Assembly: GCA_965195345.1 (NCBI GenBank)
Contig: OZ239628.1
Location: 1,824,001 to 1,888,000 of the forward strand
Length of the DNA: 64,000 nt
DNA from: an uncultured Thiomicrospira sp.
GTDB taxonomy: Bacteria > Pseudomonadota > Gammaproteobacteria > CAKMZV01
Reading direction: 5' to 3'
The position numbers and the translations under genes were made by a program. Positions 1-9,355 of the stretch are shown here, piece by piece. The notes beneath the pieces are model-generated. The model ran no database searches. It was not told where the DNA came from and saw only the letters and a list, made by a program, of their open reading frames with translations. The stretch's first letter is position 1. Each line of letters begins with the position of its first letter.

Positions 1-771
1 TTTGAACTTGATTTTCACTATACCGATTTGTTACAAATGGCAGATCGATTCGTATTTCTACGCATATTATTAAAAGAAGTTGCTAAAAAAAGTGACATGT
101 TCATTACTTTCATGCCTAAACCAACCATAGGAGACTGGCGTTCAGGTGCCCATATAAACTTTTCTATGCAGCATATTGATCGACTGGGTGAAAATATTTT
201 TCAAAACGGCAAAGAGTGGTCTGAATTATCTCAATACGCAGTTGGTGGTCTTATGGCACATGCTGAAGCAATCACTGCTCTCACCTGCCCCACAGTTAAT
301 TCTTACAATGGATTAGTACCTAGAGTTGGCGGGTTTGAAGGAGGAACAGTTACATGGGCTCCGACAAATATTACTTATGGTTACAATAACCGTTCTGCTC
401 AATTTCGCTTGCCTCAAAGTAGACACTGTATTGAAAACAGAGCGGCTGATATGACGATGAATGTTTATTTATCGCTCGCTATGACATTATCCGCTTCACT
501 TGAAGGCATGAAAGCACAAATGGATCCAGGTAGCCCTACCGACATCGATTTATACAGCTTAACAGAACAAGAATTTAAAGACATGGGAATTCGCCGCTTA
601 CCGCGTAATTTATTAGTGGCAACTGAGGCATTAAGAACAGACTCTCTCGCCATCAAGACTTTAGGTTCTACTATGCATAACTCCTACATTGCGTATAAAA
701 ATGATGAGTGGGAAAGATACCATCAAGCGGTAACTGATTGGGAAGTTAAAGAATATTTAAGGCTATACTAA
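1..771 (+). CDS. Glutamine synthetase-family ligase, type III/GlnT-GmaS-like (5'-truncated by window)
   Basis: Frame is open from base 1 (FELDFHY...). GS catalytic motifs FMPKP, SGAHINFS, PTVNSY, TWAP, YGYNNRS and IENR are present; C-terminus VTDWEVKEYLRLY is typical of GS-like gamma-glutamyl ligases. Confidence 0.75.
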   Translation, partial: FELDFHYTDLLQMADRFVFLRILLKEVAKKSDMFITFMPKPTIGDWRSGAHINFSMQHIDRLGENIFQNGKEWSELSQYAVGGLMAHAEAITALTCPTVNSYNGLVPRVGGFEGGTVTWAPTNITYGYNNRSAQFRLPQSRHCIENRAADMTMNVYLSLAMTLSASLEGMKAQMDPGSPTDIDLYSLTEQEFKDMGIRRLPRNLLVATEALRTDSLAIKTLGSTMHNSYIAYKNDEWERYHQAVTDWEVKEYLRLY

Positions 772-979
772 ACGCCGCTGGCGGTTTTGCACGTCCTTTG
801 CCTTAATTTGTTGATTTTTCAACTTTATTCCATGCATCTTCCAAGAACAAGAGTCCATCTATATAGTTGACAATGGAATGGATGCATCGTCCGTTGTAAC
901 TGAAATATGACAATATCGTATTGAAGGATTATCCAATTCAAAGCCCTAATGAATAAAAATAATTCAACCAATTATAACT

Positions 980-1003
980 TAGGTAGGTAGGTAGGTAGGT
1001 AGG
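980..1003 (+). repeat. (TAGG)6 perfect tetranucleotide microsatellite
   Basis: Read directly: t-aggtaggtaggtaggtaggtagg, ending 60 bp upstream of the ATG at 1064. Confidence 0.97.
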
Positions 1004-1004
1004 A

Positions 1005-1010
1005 TACAAT
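1005..1010 (+). promoter_or_regulatory. Candidate sigma70 -10 hexamer (TACAAT) for the 1260-aa secreted protein
   Basis: 5/6 match to TATAAT directly after the microsatellite. An alternative TATAAC lies at 973-978. An AAGGA RBS precedes ATG 1064. Confidence 0.45.
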
Positions 1011-1063
1011 GCGCAGCGTGGTTATTTTCCAACATCCAAATTATTTATTTTAAGGAACATTCA

Positions 1064-4000
1064 ATGAACAATTTTTTCCCAGCTTTAATGCTTTCTCTAT
1101 TGGCCTTAACAACATCACTGCATGCGCAAGCAACTTCTACTGAGAGCGCAAATGCTGCGCTTTCTGTGGAAACATATGCAGGTAGCAGTGAGGGTTTTCT
1201 TAATGGACCTACCAATATAGCAAGGTTTAATTTTCCACATGGGCTAGCAATTGCGCCAGATGGGCGTGTCTTTGTCGGAGATACTTTTAACAATAGGATT
1301 CGTGTAATCAGTGCTGATGGTTCTAATGTATCTACTTTTGCAAGTGGAGTTAATGTACTAGTTCAATTAGCAATCGGATCAGATGGACGCATATTCGTTT
1401 CGGAATTTTTTAATGGACAACTTAAAGTGATAAGCGCCGACGGTTCAAATGTCACTACCCTAGCCTCTGGACTAAATAACCCCCAATCAGTCGCCGTGGC
1501 ACCAGATGGACGTGTCTTCTTTGGTGACGCAAGCGGAAGAATTTTTGTTCTTAACGCTGATGGTACGAATAGAAGCACGTTCGCTTCAGGATTTAGTTCG
1601 CCTGAAGGCATTGCAATCTCTTCAGATGGGCGTGTTTTTGTTGCAGAGACTCTTGCAAATAGAATTCGTGTTATTAGTGCAGATGGCTCCAATGTGTCAA
1701 CCTTGCCAGGGACATATAATAGACCAAGAGGAGTGACAGTTACACGTGATGGGCGTGTCTTTATATCGGACACCGGTAATCATCGCATTCAAGTTATTAG
1801 TGCAGATGGCTTAACAGTGAGCACTTATGCAGGAAGTGGGGTAGAAGGTTTTGCTGATGGATCAACCAGTACTGCTCAATTTAATGACCCCATTCAGCTT
1901 GCCCTTGATGCCAATGGACGGCTTCTTTTTGCAGACCGTGACAATCATCGCATACGTGTCATATCAGCTCCTGCAAACGAAGAGCCTTCTGATTTGGTCA
2001 ATAGCCGTATTAGTGTGAATAGTGGTTTGTTATCAGCGAACCAAGCTTTGGCTGTTGGAGATGTTATTGAATTGATTGTTAATGCAAAAGGCAGCTCAGA
2101 TGTCCTTGTGCAAACAACCTACACACTTAGCAACCCTATACAATTACGTGCCCATGTATGGCCAAGAGACCTTGCAAAGCATGTTAATCAATTGAATGCT
2201 TCGGTGACAATTGGAGAGTGCTCAAGTGGTGGAAATAAAGCAGCGTGTGACCCAAATGATGTGTCTCCAATTGCCAGTAGCTTTCGCAATCTCCTTTGGG
2301 CATCACCCAGTTTAGGAGAGATTGAAGTCCAACTCAATCATATGCCAACGCCCGATAGAACAACAGCCTCATTAACAAGAGATTTAGCAATAACAGATGG
2401 AGCATTAGGTGCCGAACAAGCTTTAGCAGTTGGAGATGTCATTGAACTGATTGTTAATGCGAAAGGCAGCTCAGATGTTCTTATGCAAACGGCTCTCACT
2501 TTGAGCCACCCTGTGCATTTACGTTCTCATGTATGGCCGAAACTCTTAGCCAATCAAGTGAATCAGCTAAATACTACAGTTGCGATCGGAGAGTGTACAA
2601 CTGGTCGATTTAAAGCATACTGTAATGTACAAGATGTCGCCTCAATCGGCAGCAGCTATCGCAATGTCCTTTGGTCATCACCCAGTTTAGGAGAAGTTGA
2701 AGTACAACTCAATCACACGCCAACCCCCGATAGAACAACAGCTTCATTAACAAGAGATTTAGCAATAACAGATGGAACATTAGGTGCCGAACAAGCTTTA
2801 GCCGTTGGAGATGTAATTCAATTGGTTGTTAGCGCGAAAGGCAGCTCTGATGTCCTTATGCAAACAGTTCTTACTTTGAACAATCCTGTGCATTTGCGTT
2901 CTCATGTATGGCCAAAGCTCTTAGCCAATCAAGTGAATCAGCTAAATACTACAGTCGCGATTGGCGAGTGTACAACTGGTCGATTTAAAGCATACTGTAA
3001 TGCACAAGATGTCGCTTCAATCGGCAGCAGCTATCGCAATGTCCTTTGGGTATCACCCAGTTTAGGAGAGGTTGAAATACAATTGAACGCTATTGTTAGA
3101 AATGTAGGTAATTCATCATTGAACATCACGGCTTCTGTTGGACAGTTGCTTTTTTCATGGCCAACTGACCCGATTGCTGATTTTTATCGTGTGCAGATTA
3201 ATCCTACTGGAGTGGATGGATTTATTCCATTATCAACGCCAAGTCAGTCACTGAAAACGACAAACTTTACCTTTGGTATTTCGTTGTCGGATCATATAAA
3301 CCTTGCCACTAGTAATGTTTCGTTTTTAGTAGAAAGCTGTATAGGCAATCCAGATGGCAATAATAATTGTATACAGTGGACTGCTCAAACAAGGATTAAT
3401 GATTTAAATCAATTAATTGGCTTTATCAAAGCGAATAATGCTGGATACAGAGATAGATTTGAAACTGTTAGTATCAGTAGAGATGGTAAAACGCTGGCAG
3501 TGAGTGCACTTAGTGAAGATAGCAGTGGTAGGGGCGTTAATGCTAGACAAGACCAATCAAGGTCTAATTCTGGTGCAGCCTATGTTTTCACACAAACCGC
3601 TACTGGTCTATGGACGCAGCAGGCTTTCCTAAAAGCGAGTAATGCAGATATTAATGATTATTTTGGTAATAGTCTTAGTTTAAGCAGTGATGGTAATACG
3701 CTCGCGGTGGGTGCAATCGGTGAACGAAGTCTCGCTACTGGTGTTAATGGTGATGAGAATAATAACAGCGCATCTCATAATGCAGGGGCTGCCTATGTTT
3801 TTGTGCGAAGCGCTAGTGGCACATGGAGTCAACAAGCCTATATAAAAGCGAGTAATACAGAAGTAGATGATCAATTCGCTGCAAGCATAGCTTTGAGCGG
3901 TGATGGTAATACGTTGGCAGTAGGTGCCCTATATGAAGACGGTAGAACTGGCGGGATTAACGGTGACCAGAGCAACGAAGCGAATAACTTCACATTTCAT

Positions 4001-4846
4001 GCAGGGGCTGCTTACGTATACACCCGTAATAGTAGTACTCAGTGGACCCAGCAAGCATATATTAAAGCACATAATCCAAGTCACGATAATCGATTTGGCG
4101 TAAGTGTAAGCTTGGATGACGATGGCAATACACTGGTGGTAGGTTCAATGTATGAGGGTAGTAACTCAACAGGCGTGGCGAACGGCATTGATGATATTGT
4201 AATAAATGGTCCACACTCAATAAATTTCGCAGGTGCAGCATACGTTTACACCCGCAGTATCACTGGTGTATGGAGTCAACAAGCCTTTATTAAACCAAAC
4301 AATACAGGTGTTGGTGACAGATTTGGCTTTGATGTCAGTTTAAGTGCCGATGGTAATACGCTCGCGGTAGCTTCAGAGAGTGAAGATAGCAGTGGTACCG
4401 GGGTTAATCCAATTGAAGAAGGCGATGGTTTAACAGATTCAGGTGCAGTATTTATTTACGCTCGTAATAAAGATAGTCTCTGGGGTTTTCAAGCCTACAT
4501 TAAAGCGAGCAACCCAACTTCTAATGATCGCTTTGGACATAGCGTAAGCCTCAGTGGTGATGGCAATATGCTGGCTGTAGGTGCTCCTTTTGAGGATAGC
4601 CGATCTATTGGGTTAAATGGCATTGAGAGTGATGAAAGTGGAAGTGATGTAGGTGCGGTTTACACATTTATCCGAAGTGGCAGTGTATGGAGTCAACAAG
4701 CCTACATTAAACCAACGAGAATAAGTGGTTTTGGTGATCATTTTGGATTTAGCTTAAGCTTCAGTGGTGATGGTAGCAGACTGGCTATAGGAGCACCTTT
4801 AGAGTCCAGTGGTGCTTTTTCTGAAGGTGCAGCGTACTTGTATTAA
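1064..4846 (+). CDS. Secreted multidomain adhesin/lectin-like protein: signal peptide, 6 NHL repeats, 3 GbpA-domain-2-like repeats, Fn3-like domain, 7 FG-GAP/integrin-alpha-like repeats
   Basis: Sec signal MNNFFPALMLSLLALTTSLHAQA; six PxG(L/V)AxxxDGRVFVxDxxNxRIRVI-type units; three ~125-aa repeats; seven (Y/F)IKAxNxxxxDxFGxSxSLSxDGNTLAVGA-type units. Confidence 0.85.
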   Translation: MNNFFPALMLSLLALTTSLHAQATSTESANAALSVETYAGSSEGFLNGPTNIARFNFPHGLAIAPDGRVFVGDTFNNRIRVISADGSNVSTFASGVNVLVQLAIGSDGRIFVSEFFNGQLKVISADGSNVTTLASGLNNPQSVAVAPDGRVFFGDASGRIFVLNADGTNRSTFASGFSSPEGIAISSDGRVFVAETLANRIRVISADGSNVSTLPGTYNRPRGVTVTRDGRVFISDTGNHRIQVISADGLTVSTYAGSGVEGFADGSTSTAQFNDPIQLALDANGRLLFADRDNHRIRVISAPANEEPSDLVNSRISVNSGLLSANQALAVGDVIELIVNAKGSSDVLVQTTYTLSNPIQLRAHVWPRDLAKHVNQLNASVTIGECSSGGNKAACDPNDVSPIASSFRNLLWASPSLGEIEVQLNHMPTPDRTTASLTRDLAITDGALGAEQALAVGDVIELIVNAKGSSDVLMQTALTLSHPVHLRSHVWPKLLANQVNQLNTTVAIGECTTGRFKAYCNVQDVASIGSSYRNVLWSSPSLGEVEVQLNHTPTPDRTTASLTRDLAITDGTLGAEQALAVGDVIQLVVSAKGSSDVLMQTVLTLNNPVHLRSHVWPKLLANQVNQLNTTVAIGECTTGRFKAYCNAQDVASIGSSYRNVLWVSPSLGEVEIQLNAIVRNVGNSSLNITASVGQLLFSWPTDPIADFYRVQINPTGVDGFIPLSTPSQSLKTTNFTFGISLSDHINLATSNVSFLVESCIGNPDGNNNCIQWTAQTRINDLNQLIGFIKANNAGYRDRFETVSISRDGKTLAVSALSEDSSGRGVNARQDQSRSNSGAAYVFTQTATGLWTQQAFLKASNADINDYFGNSLSLSSDGNTLAVGAIGERSLATGVNGDENNNSASHNAGAAYVFVRSASGTWSQQAYIKASNTEVDDQFAASIALSGDGNTLAVGALYEDGRTGGINGDQSNEANNFTFHAGAAYVYTRNSSTQWTQQAYIKAHNPSHDNRFGVSVSLDDDGNTLVVGSMYEGSNSTGVANGIDDIVINGPHSINFAGAAYVYTRSITGVWSQQAFIKPNNTGVGDRFGFDVSLSADGNTLAVASESEDSSGTGVNPIEEGDGLTDSGAVFIYARNKDSLWGFQAYIKASNPTSNDRFGHSVSLSGDGNMLAVGAPFEDSRSIGLNGIESDESGSDVGAVYTFIRSGSVWSQQAYIKPTRISGFGDHFGFSLSFSGDGSRLAIGAPLESSGAFSEGAAYLY
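2030..3090 (+). repeat. Three tandem intragenic repeats, period 375 bp (125 aa)
   Basis: gatagaacaacagc occurs at 2354 and 2729. Copies 2 and 3 are nearly identical at DNA level; copy 1 is more diverged. Confidence 0.92.
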
Positions 4847-4907
4847 TATGATTAAAATGCATTTTTAACTTTAAATAATTAAAAGTGCTCAGATAGGAAA
4901 GTATATC

Positions 4908-4948
4908 TTAGAAGGTGTTGAAGCATGCTTTGTTTCAGCACCTTCTAA
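4908..4948. terminator. Stem-loop downstream of the adhesin gene (probable terminator)
   Basis: ttagaaggtgttgaa ... ttcagcaccttctaa forms a 15-bp stem with one G-U pair. Confidence 0.6.
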
Positions 4949-5277
4949 ATTTGGGAATGGATACGTCGCATTAGATTTCATGTTGCCCATTAGTCCTCTT
5001 TGTGGGATAACTTAAAATAGCCTGACTTTAGAACCTGCCCTAATGTGAACAGGGATTTATTCATACGTTTTAAGAACGCCACCTTAATACTCTCGCATTT
5101 ACCAGTAATCAAACCTTCTTCAAAAAAACCACGAATAGGATAATATTTCCGATAATTGCTATCTACCGTAAATCGTGCCAGTAATAATTGAAAAATTGTG
5201 GCTTTTGCTACTTGCAATCTCCTCATTCAAAAACTGATACAATCCAGCCACTTTATAAATTTGTAATGGAGTTTGCT

Positions 5278-6918
5278 ATGCAGCGAGAATCGATGGAGTT
5301 TGATGTTGTTATTGTCGGAGCAGGTCCTGCTGGGTTGAGCGCTGCGATTGCATTAAAGAAAGCAAATAAAGATTTATCCGTGGTTGTTTTAGAAAAAGGG
5401 TCGGAAGTTGGTGCGCATATTTTATCGGGCGCAATATTTGAAACAACCGCACTTGATGAGTTAATCCCCGATTGGAAAAAACTGGGCGCACCGGTTAAGA
5501 CAGCCGTCAAAGGAGATGATTTCTACCTATACAAGAATGAAGAAAAAGCCACTAAGTTGCCACATTTTTTCATCCCAAAAAGCATGCATAATGATGGAAA
5601 TTATATTATTAGCCTTGGCAATCTGTGTCGTTGGATGGCGGAACAAGCCGAAGAAATGGGCGTTGAAATATTTCCTGGCTTTTCCGCCGCAGATATACTC
5701 TACAACGATGAGGGTGCTGTTAGAGGAGTCGTGACCAATGACATGGGAATTGACTACGATGGTAATAAAAAAGACAGTTTTGAGCCCGGTATGGAACTAC
5801 TTGCAAAGTACACATTATTCTCCGAAGGCTGTCGAGGTCATCTTGGCAAGCAATTGATTGAACGTTATCAACTTTCAGACAATTGCGATGCTCAACATTA
5901 CGCGCTTGGTGTCAAAGAAATTTGGGAAATCGATCCAAAAAAACATCAAGAAGGCTTAGTAGTACACGGTGCTGGTTGGCCATTGTCTGAAAACAGTGCT
6001 GCTGGTGGTTCTTTCTCGTACCACGCCGAAAATAACCAATTGGTTATTGGACTGATTACTGACTTGAATTACCGCAATCCGTACCTTTCACCATTTGAGG
6101 AATTCCAACGTTTCAAAATGCAAAAAATGAATAAGACGTTGCTTGAAGGAGGCAAACGCATAAGCTACGGTGCACGTGCGATCACTAAAGGTGGCATGAA
6201 TGCCTTACCACGCCAACATTTTCCTGGAGGATTGCTGATTGGGTGCGATGCAGGCACTTTGAATTTTTCCAAAATCAAGGGGTCGCATACTGCTATGAAA
6301 TCTGGTATGTTGGCTGCCCAAGTAGTTGCAGAAGCCATAACTTCTGGCAATAACGGAGGTAGTGATTTAATGGAATACACTACGGCATTCAAACAATCAT
6401 GGCTCTATGATGAACTGCAAAATTCGCGCAATTTTGGCGCGGCATTACACAATTACGGCATGTGGGTTGGCGGCGCCATCAACTTCATTCAATACAATTT
6501 ATTTGGTGGGAAATTCCCCATCACATTGCGCGACAATAAGCCCGATAACACACAGTTAGTCTCCTCTTCACATGCGCAGCCTATTGAATATCCCAAACCC
6601 GATGGAGTGATTACTTTTGATCGATTATCTTCGGTTTATTTATCGAATACCAATCACGAGGAAGCACAACCTTGTCATCTCACCTTGAAGAACAGTCTAA
6701 TTCCTATTGAAAAAAACCTTGCAATCTATGACGCTCCAGAACAACGTTATTGCCCTGCAGGAGTATACGAAATAATAACTAAGGATGATCAGCCACAATT
6801 ACAAATTAATGCCCAAAATTGCATACACTGCAAAACTTGCGACATTAAAGACCCCACCCAAAACATTCATTGGATAACGCCCGAAGGTGGTGGAGGTCCA
6901 AACTACACCTCAATGTAA
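5278..6918 (+). CDS. Electron transfer flavoprotein-ubiquinone oxidoreductase (ETF-QO)
   Basis: RESMEFDVVIVGAGPAGL FAD motif, EKGSEVGAHILSG, and C-terminal 4Fe-4S motifs YCPAGVYE and NCIHCKTCDIKDP. Start moved to ATG 5278 behind GGAG. Confidence 0.95.
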   Translation: MQRESMEFDVVIVGAGPAGLSAAIALKKANKDLSVVVLEKGSEVGAHILSGAIFETTALDELIPDWKKLGAPVKTAVKGDDFYLYKNEEKATKLPHFFIPKSMHNDGNYIISLGNLCRWMAEQAEEMGVEIFPGFSAADILYNDEGAVRGVVTNDMGIDYDGNKKDSFEPGMELLAKYTLFSEGCRGHLGKQLIERYQLSDNCDAQHYALGVKEIWEIDPKKHQEGLVVHGAGWPLSENSAAGGSFSYHAENNQLVIGLITDLNYRNPYLSPFEEFQRFKMQKMNKTLLEGGKRISYGARAITKGGMNALPRQHFPGGLLIGCDAGTLNFSKIKGSHTAMKSGMLAAQVVAEAITSGNNGGSDLMEYTTAFKQSWLYDELQNSRNFGAALHNYGMWVGGAINFIQYNLFGGKFPITLRDNKPDNTQLVSSSHAQPIEYPKPDGVITFDRLSSVYLSNTNHEEAQPCHLTLKNSLIPIEKNLAIYDAPEQRYCPAGVYEIITKDDQPQLQINAQNCIHCKTCDIKDPTQNIHWITPEGGGGPNYTSM

Positions 6919-6928
6919 CCTCAGCATA

Positions 6929-7951
6929 ATGCCATTGGAATACCCTTTCAGAGATTTCCCTGAACCCGGATACACACTGGAAGTTGCTGCGGGTATTTTT
7001 TGGGTACGAATGCCCTTGCCTTTTTCGCTCGATCACGTTAATTTATGGATATTGAAGGATGGTTGCGGTTGGGTAGTCATCGATACTGGTCTTGCTAATA
7101 AGAAAACCAAAGAATTATGGCAAACCATCGAGAAAGAGCTACTAAAAGAGAAACCAGTAAACAAACTCATTGTTACCCACCTTCACCCTGATCATTTCGC
7201 CGCTGCTGGCTATTTATGCGAACGCTGGCAGTGCCCTTTGTATATAAGTCGAAGTGAGTATTTCATCGGTCGGGCGGTGTTTGAAAATGCTAAAAGCGCA
7301 GCACCACACGAAGCACTTAAATTTTATGAATCAGCCGGCTTTGATGATGATGCATTAGAAAAATACCGTAAAAATTACGGCAGTTTTGCCAACGATGCTT
7401 CTGCTATCCCCAACATTTACAAACGCCTTAATGACAATGATGAATTAATCATTGACGGTTGCCGTTGGCGCATCATTACTGGAAGCGGGCACAGCCCAGA
7501 ACATTGTTGTTTGCTTTGTGAAGAAAAAAACATATTCATTGCTGGCGATCAACTCATACCTAACATAACCTCCAATGTTAGCGTATGGTCTGTGGAACCC
7601 GACGCAAATCCATTAAAAGATTGGCTCGAGTCGTGCAACAAATTACTGAATCTCATTCCCAATAATGTCTTGGTACTACCCGGTCATGGTCTGCCTTTTA
7701 GCGGAACGCATCAACGGCTGAATGAACTCATCAAGAATCATGACCAATCCTTGGATAAACTTTATACCTTGTTGGTTGAACCTAAAAGAGTGATTGATGT
7801 TTTTGACGTTTTATTCAAACGCAAAGTATCCACAGAAACGCTACTATTTGCAACGGGTGAATCAATAGCACACCTCAATTATTTAATGGTTCAAAAAAAA
7901 ATAATCCGCATCAACAAAAATGGCGTCTACTACTACCAACAAAACAGTTAG
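6929..7951 (+). CDS. MBL-fold metallo-hydrolase
   Basis: THLHPDH (HxHxDH), GHSPEH, AGDQ, PGHG; N-terminal RMPLPFSLDHVN. Start at MPLEYPF is more likely than 6887. Confidence 0.9.
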   Translation: MPLEYPFRDFPEPGYTLEVAAGIFWVRMPLPFSLDHVNLWILKDGCGWVVIDTGLANKKTKELWQTIEKELLKEKPVNKLIVTHLHPDHFAAAGYLCERWQCPLYISRSEYFIGRAVFENAKSAAPHEALKFYESAGFDDDALEKYRKNYGSFANDASAIPNIYKRLNDNDELIIDGCRWRIITGSGHSPEHCCLLCEEKNIFIAGDQLIPNITSNVSVWSVEPDANPLKDWLESCNKLLNLIPNNVLVLPGHGLPFSGTHQRLNELIKNHDQSLDKLYTLLVEPKRVIDVFDVLFKRKVSTETLLFATGESIAHLNYLMVQKKIIRINKNGVYYYQQNS

Positions 7952-8168
7952 AACATGCATCTCCTTTAAATTGAGTTATTAAGGGATAGCCTTTTCTGAG
8001 AAAGCATTTTAAAGAAATTAAAATTATAGAAGAATTTTTGACAGATTTTATTGCCCTTCAGTCCAATTAGTAGCAGTAAGATGAAGATCAAGGTTTGCAA
8101 TGAATCGGAGTAACGTTCAACTATTTTTTGTTGCCCTTGGTGAAAGATTTTTTACAGTCATGACTTCA

Positions 8169-8540
8169 CTATGTAATGTCCTCGTTAGAGGCTGCTTGTT
8201 TTATAAAGTAATTGCTGTTCTTTAACGCAACATCTTCTTGTGAATATATTTTTAAGTGCCGTCTTTTTTTACCACTGCCTTCTAAAATTGAATTTAAGTC
8301 TGTGAAATTAGCACCATCACTAAACTCAATTGAGATATGTTCTTTGTAAACATATATACCACCGACCAAGCCGTTAGATCCGCTGAAAACTATTCCTCCA
8401 TATTTAACATCTTCAATTAACGCTTTATTTGCTTTGAGGAATAGTATGCGTATTGCAATAACCATTTCAAATTGATTCTTTGACAAAGACTCTACATCTA
8501 AGAGAAACTCATTTACTCTTTTGTTGTCTGATATATTCAT
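8169..8540 (-). CDS. DUF1801/YdhG-like protein
   Basis: EDVKYGG, HISIEFSDGA and LEGSGKKRRHLKI motifs. The ORF could extend to 8582. Confidence 0.75.
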   Translation of the reverse strand: MNISDNKRVNEFLLDVESLSKNQFEMVIAIRILFLKANKALIEDVKYGGIVFSGSNGLVGGIYVYKEHISIEFSDGANFTDLNSILEGSGKKRRHLKIYSQEDVALKNSNYFIKQAASNEDIT

Positions 8541-8574
8541 TCCAATTATGCGTGTATGGTTATGAAGATGCGAC

Positions 8575-9321
8575 TTAGTCACTCTTCAATGCGCAAAACC
8601 GTAGCCGACGATAATCTAATATCCATTGGTTTTGACTATTGCAAAGTTTTGGTTTCAAAAAATCGTAAATATGGGCAAGTAATGCTTCTCTTTGATCTTC
8701 TTCAACCGTAGCGACTATGTTAGAAGTGAAGGTAGATAACCAACCACGTACGTCCGTCGGTATATGTGTCGGGCGATCAAATAGCTGAATAGAGGCAATT
8801 TGAAATCCACTACGCTCTAAGCGCTCTTTCGTCTCATTGATGGTAGGAAATGTCCATGGGTTCTTAAAAAAACCGCCGTAGTGTGGCAAAGACTCTTCTA
8901 ATGTTTCCACTATGGACATAATATTTCCTGCGCCCCCCATTTCTACCACAAAGCGTCCTGAATTTTTCAATGCTTTATACGCCCCGTCATAAACCGCTTG
9001 TTGATCGGGCATCCAGTGCAAAGCCGCATTGGAAAATACCGCATCAAATGATTGATCAAAGCGCAGTTTTTGCCCATCCATTACTTTGGCATCCACGCCT
9101 TTTTCTTGCGTTGATCGCACCATATCTTCACTATAATCGACTCCTTGTACAATACACCCTAGCTGTTGCAATCGTAAAGCAATCGTTCCTTCTCCACAAC
9201 CCAAATCAAGAATGCACTCATCAACTTGGGGATTCAGCAATTCAATTACTTCATTACCGAGTTCAGAAACAAAGGAAGCATGTTTTTGATAGTCCTTTGA
9301 ATTCCAATTTTGCTCTGCCAT
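8575..9321 (-). CDS. Class I SAM-dependent methyltransferase (Tam-like)
   Basis: ILDLGCGEG, FDAVFSNAALHWM, DYRRLRF. Confidence 0.9.
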   Translation of the reverse strand: MAEQNWNSKDYQKHASFVSELGNEVIELLNPQVDECILDLGCGEGTIALRLQQLGCIVQGVDYSEDMVRSTQEKGVDAKVMDGQKLRFDQSFDAVFSNAALHWMPDQQAVYDGAYKALKNSGRFVVEMGGAGNIMSIVETLEESLPHYGGFFKNPWTFPTINETKERLERSGFQIASIQLFDRPTHIPTDVRGWLSTFTSNIVATVEEDQREALLAHIYDFLKPKLCNSQNQWILDYRRLRFCALKSD

Positions 9322-9355
9322 TTATTATTCCTGTGTAGTGAAATGGAAAATAAAA

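Noticed and set aside
832-887. Imperfect long inverted repeat (atgcatc-ttcca ... tggaa-tg-gatgcat) downstream of the GS-like gene
   Set aside because: 30-nt loop, a bulge and no U-tract or recognisable RNA motif; cannot be separated from chance.
2030-3090. Near-identical DNA repeats considered as a CRISPR array or DGR template/variable repeat pair
   Set aside because: They are in-frame 375-bp protein-domain repeats with no spacers; differences are not adenine-specific and no reverse transcriptase or cas gene is present.
4990-5226. 78-aa minus-strand ORF between the adhesin and ETF-QO
   Set aside because: No recognisable motif or convincing RBS; it overlaps the probable ETF-QO promoter region.
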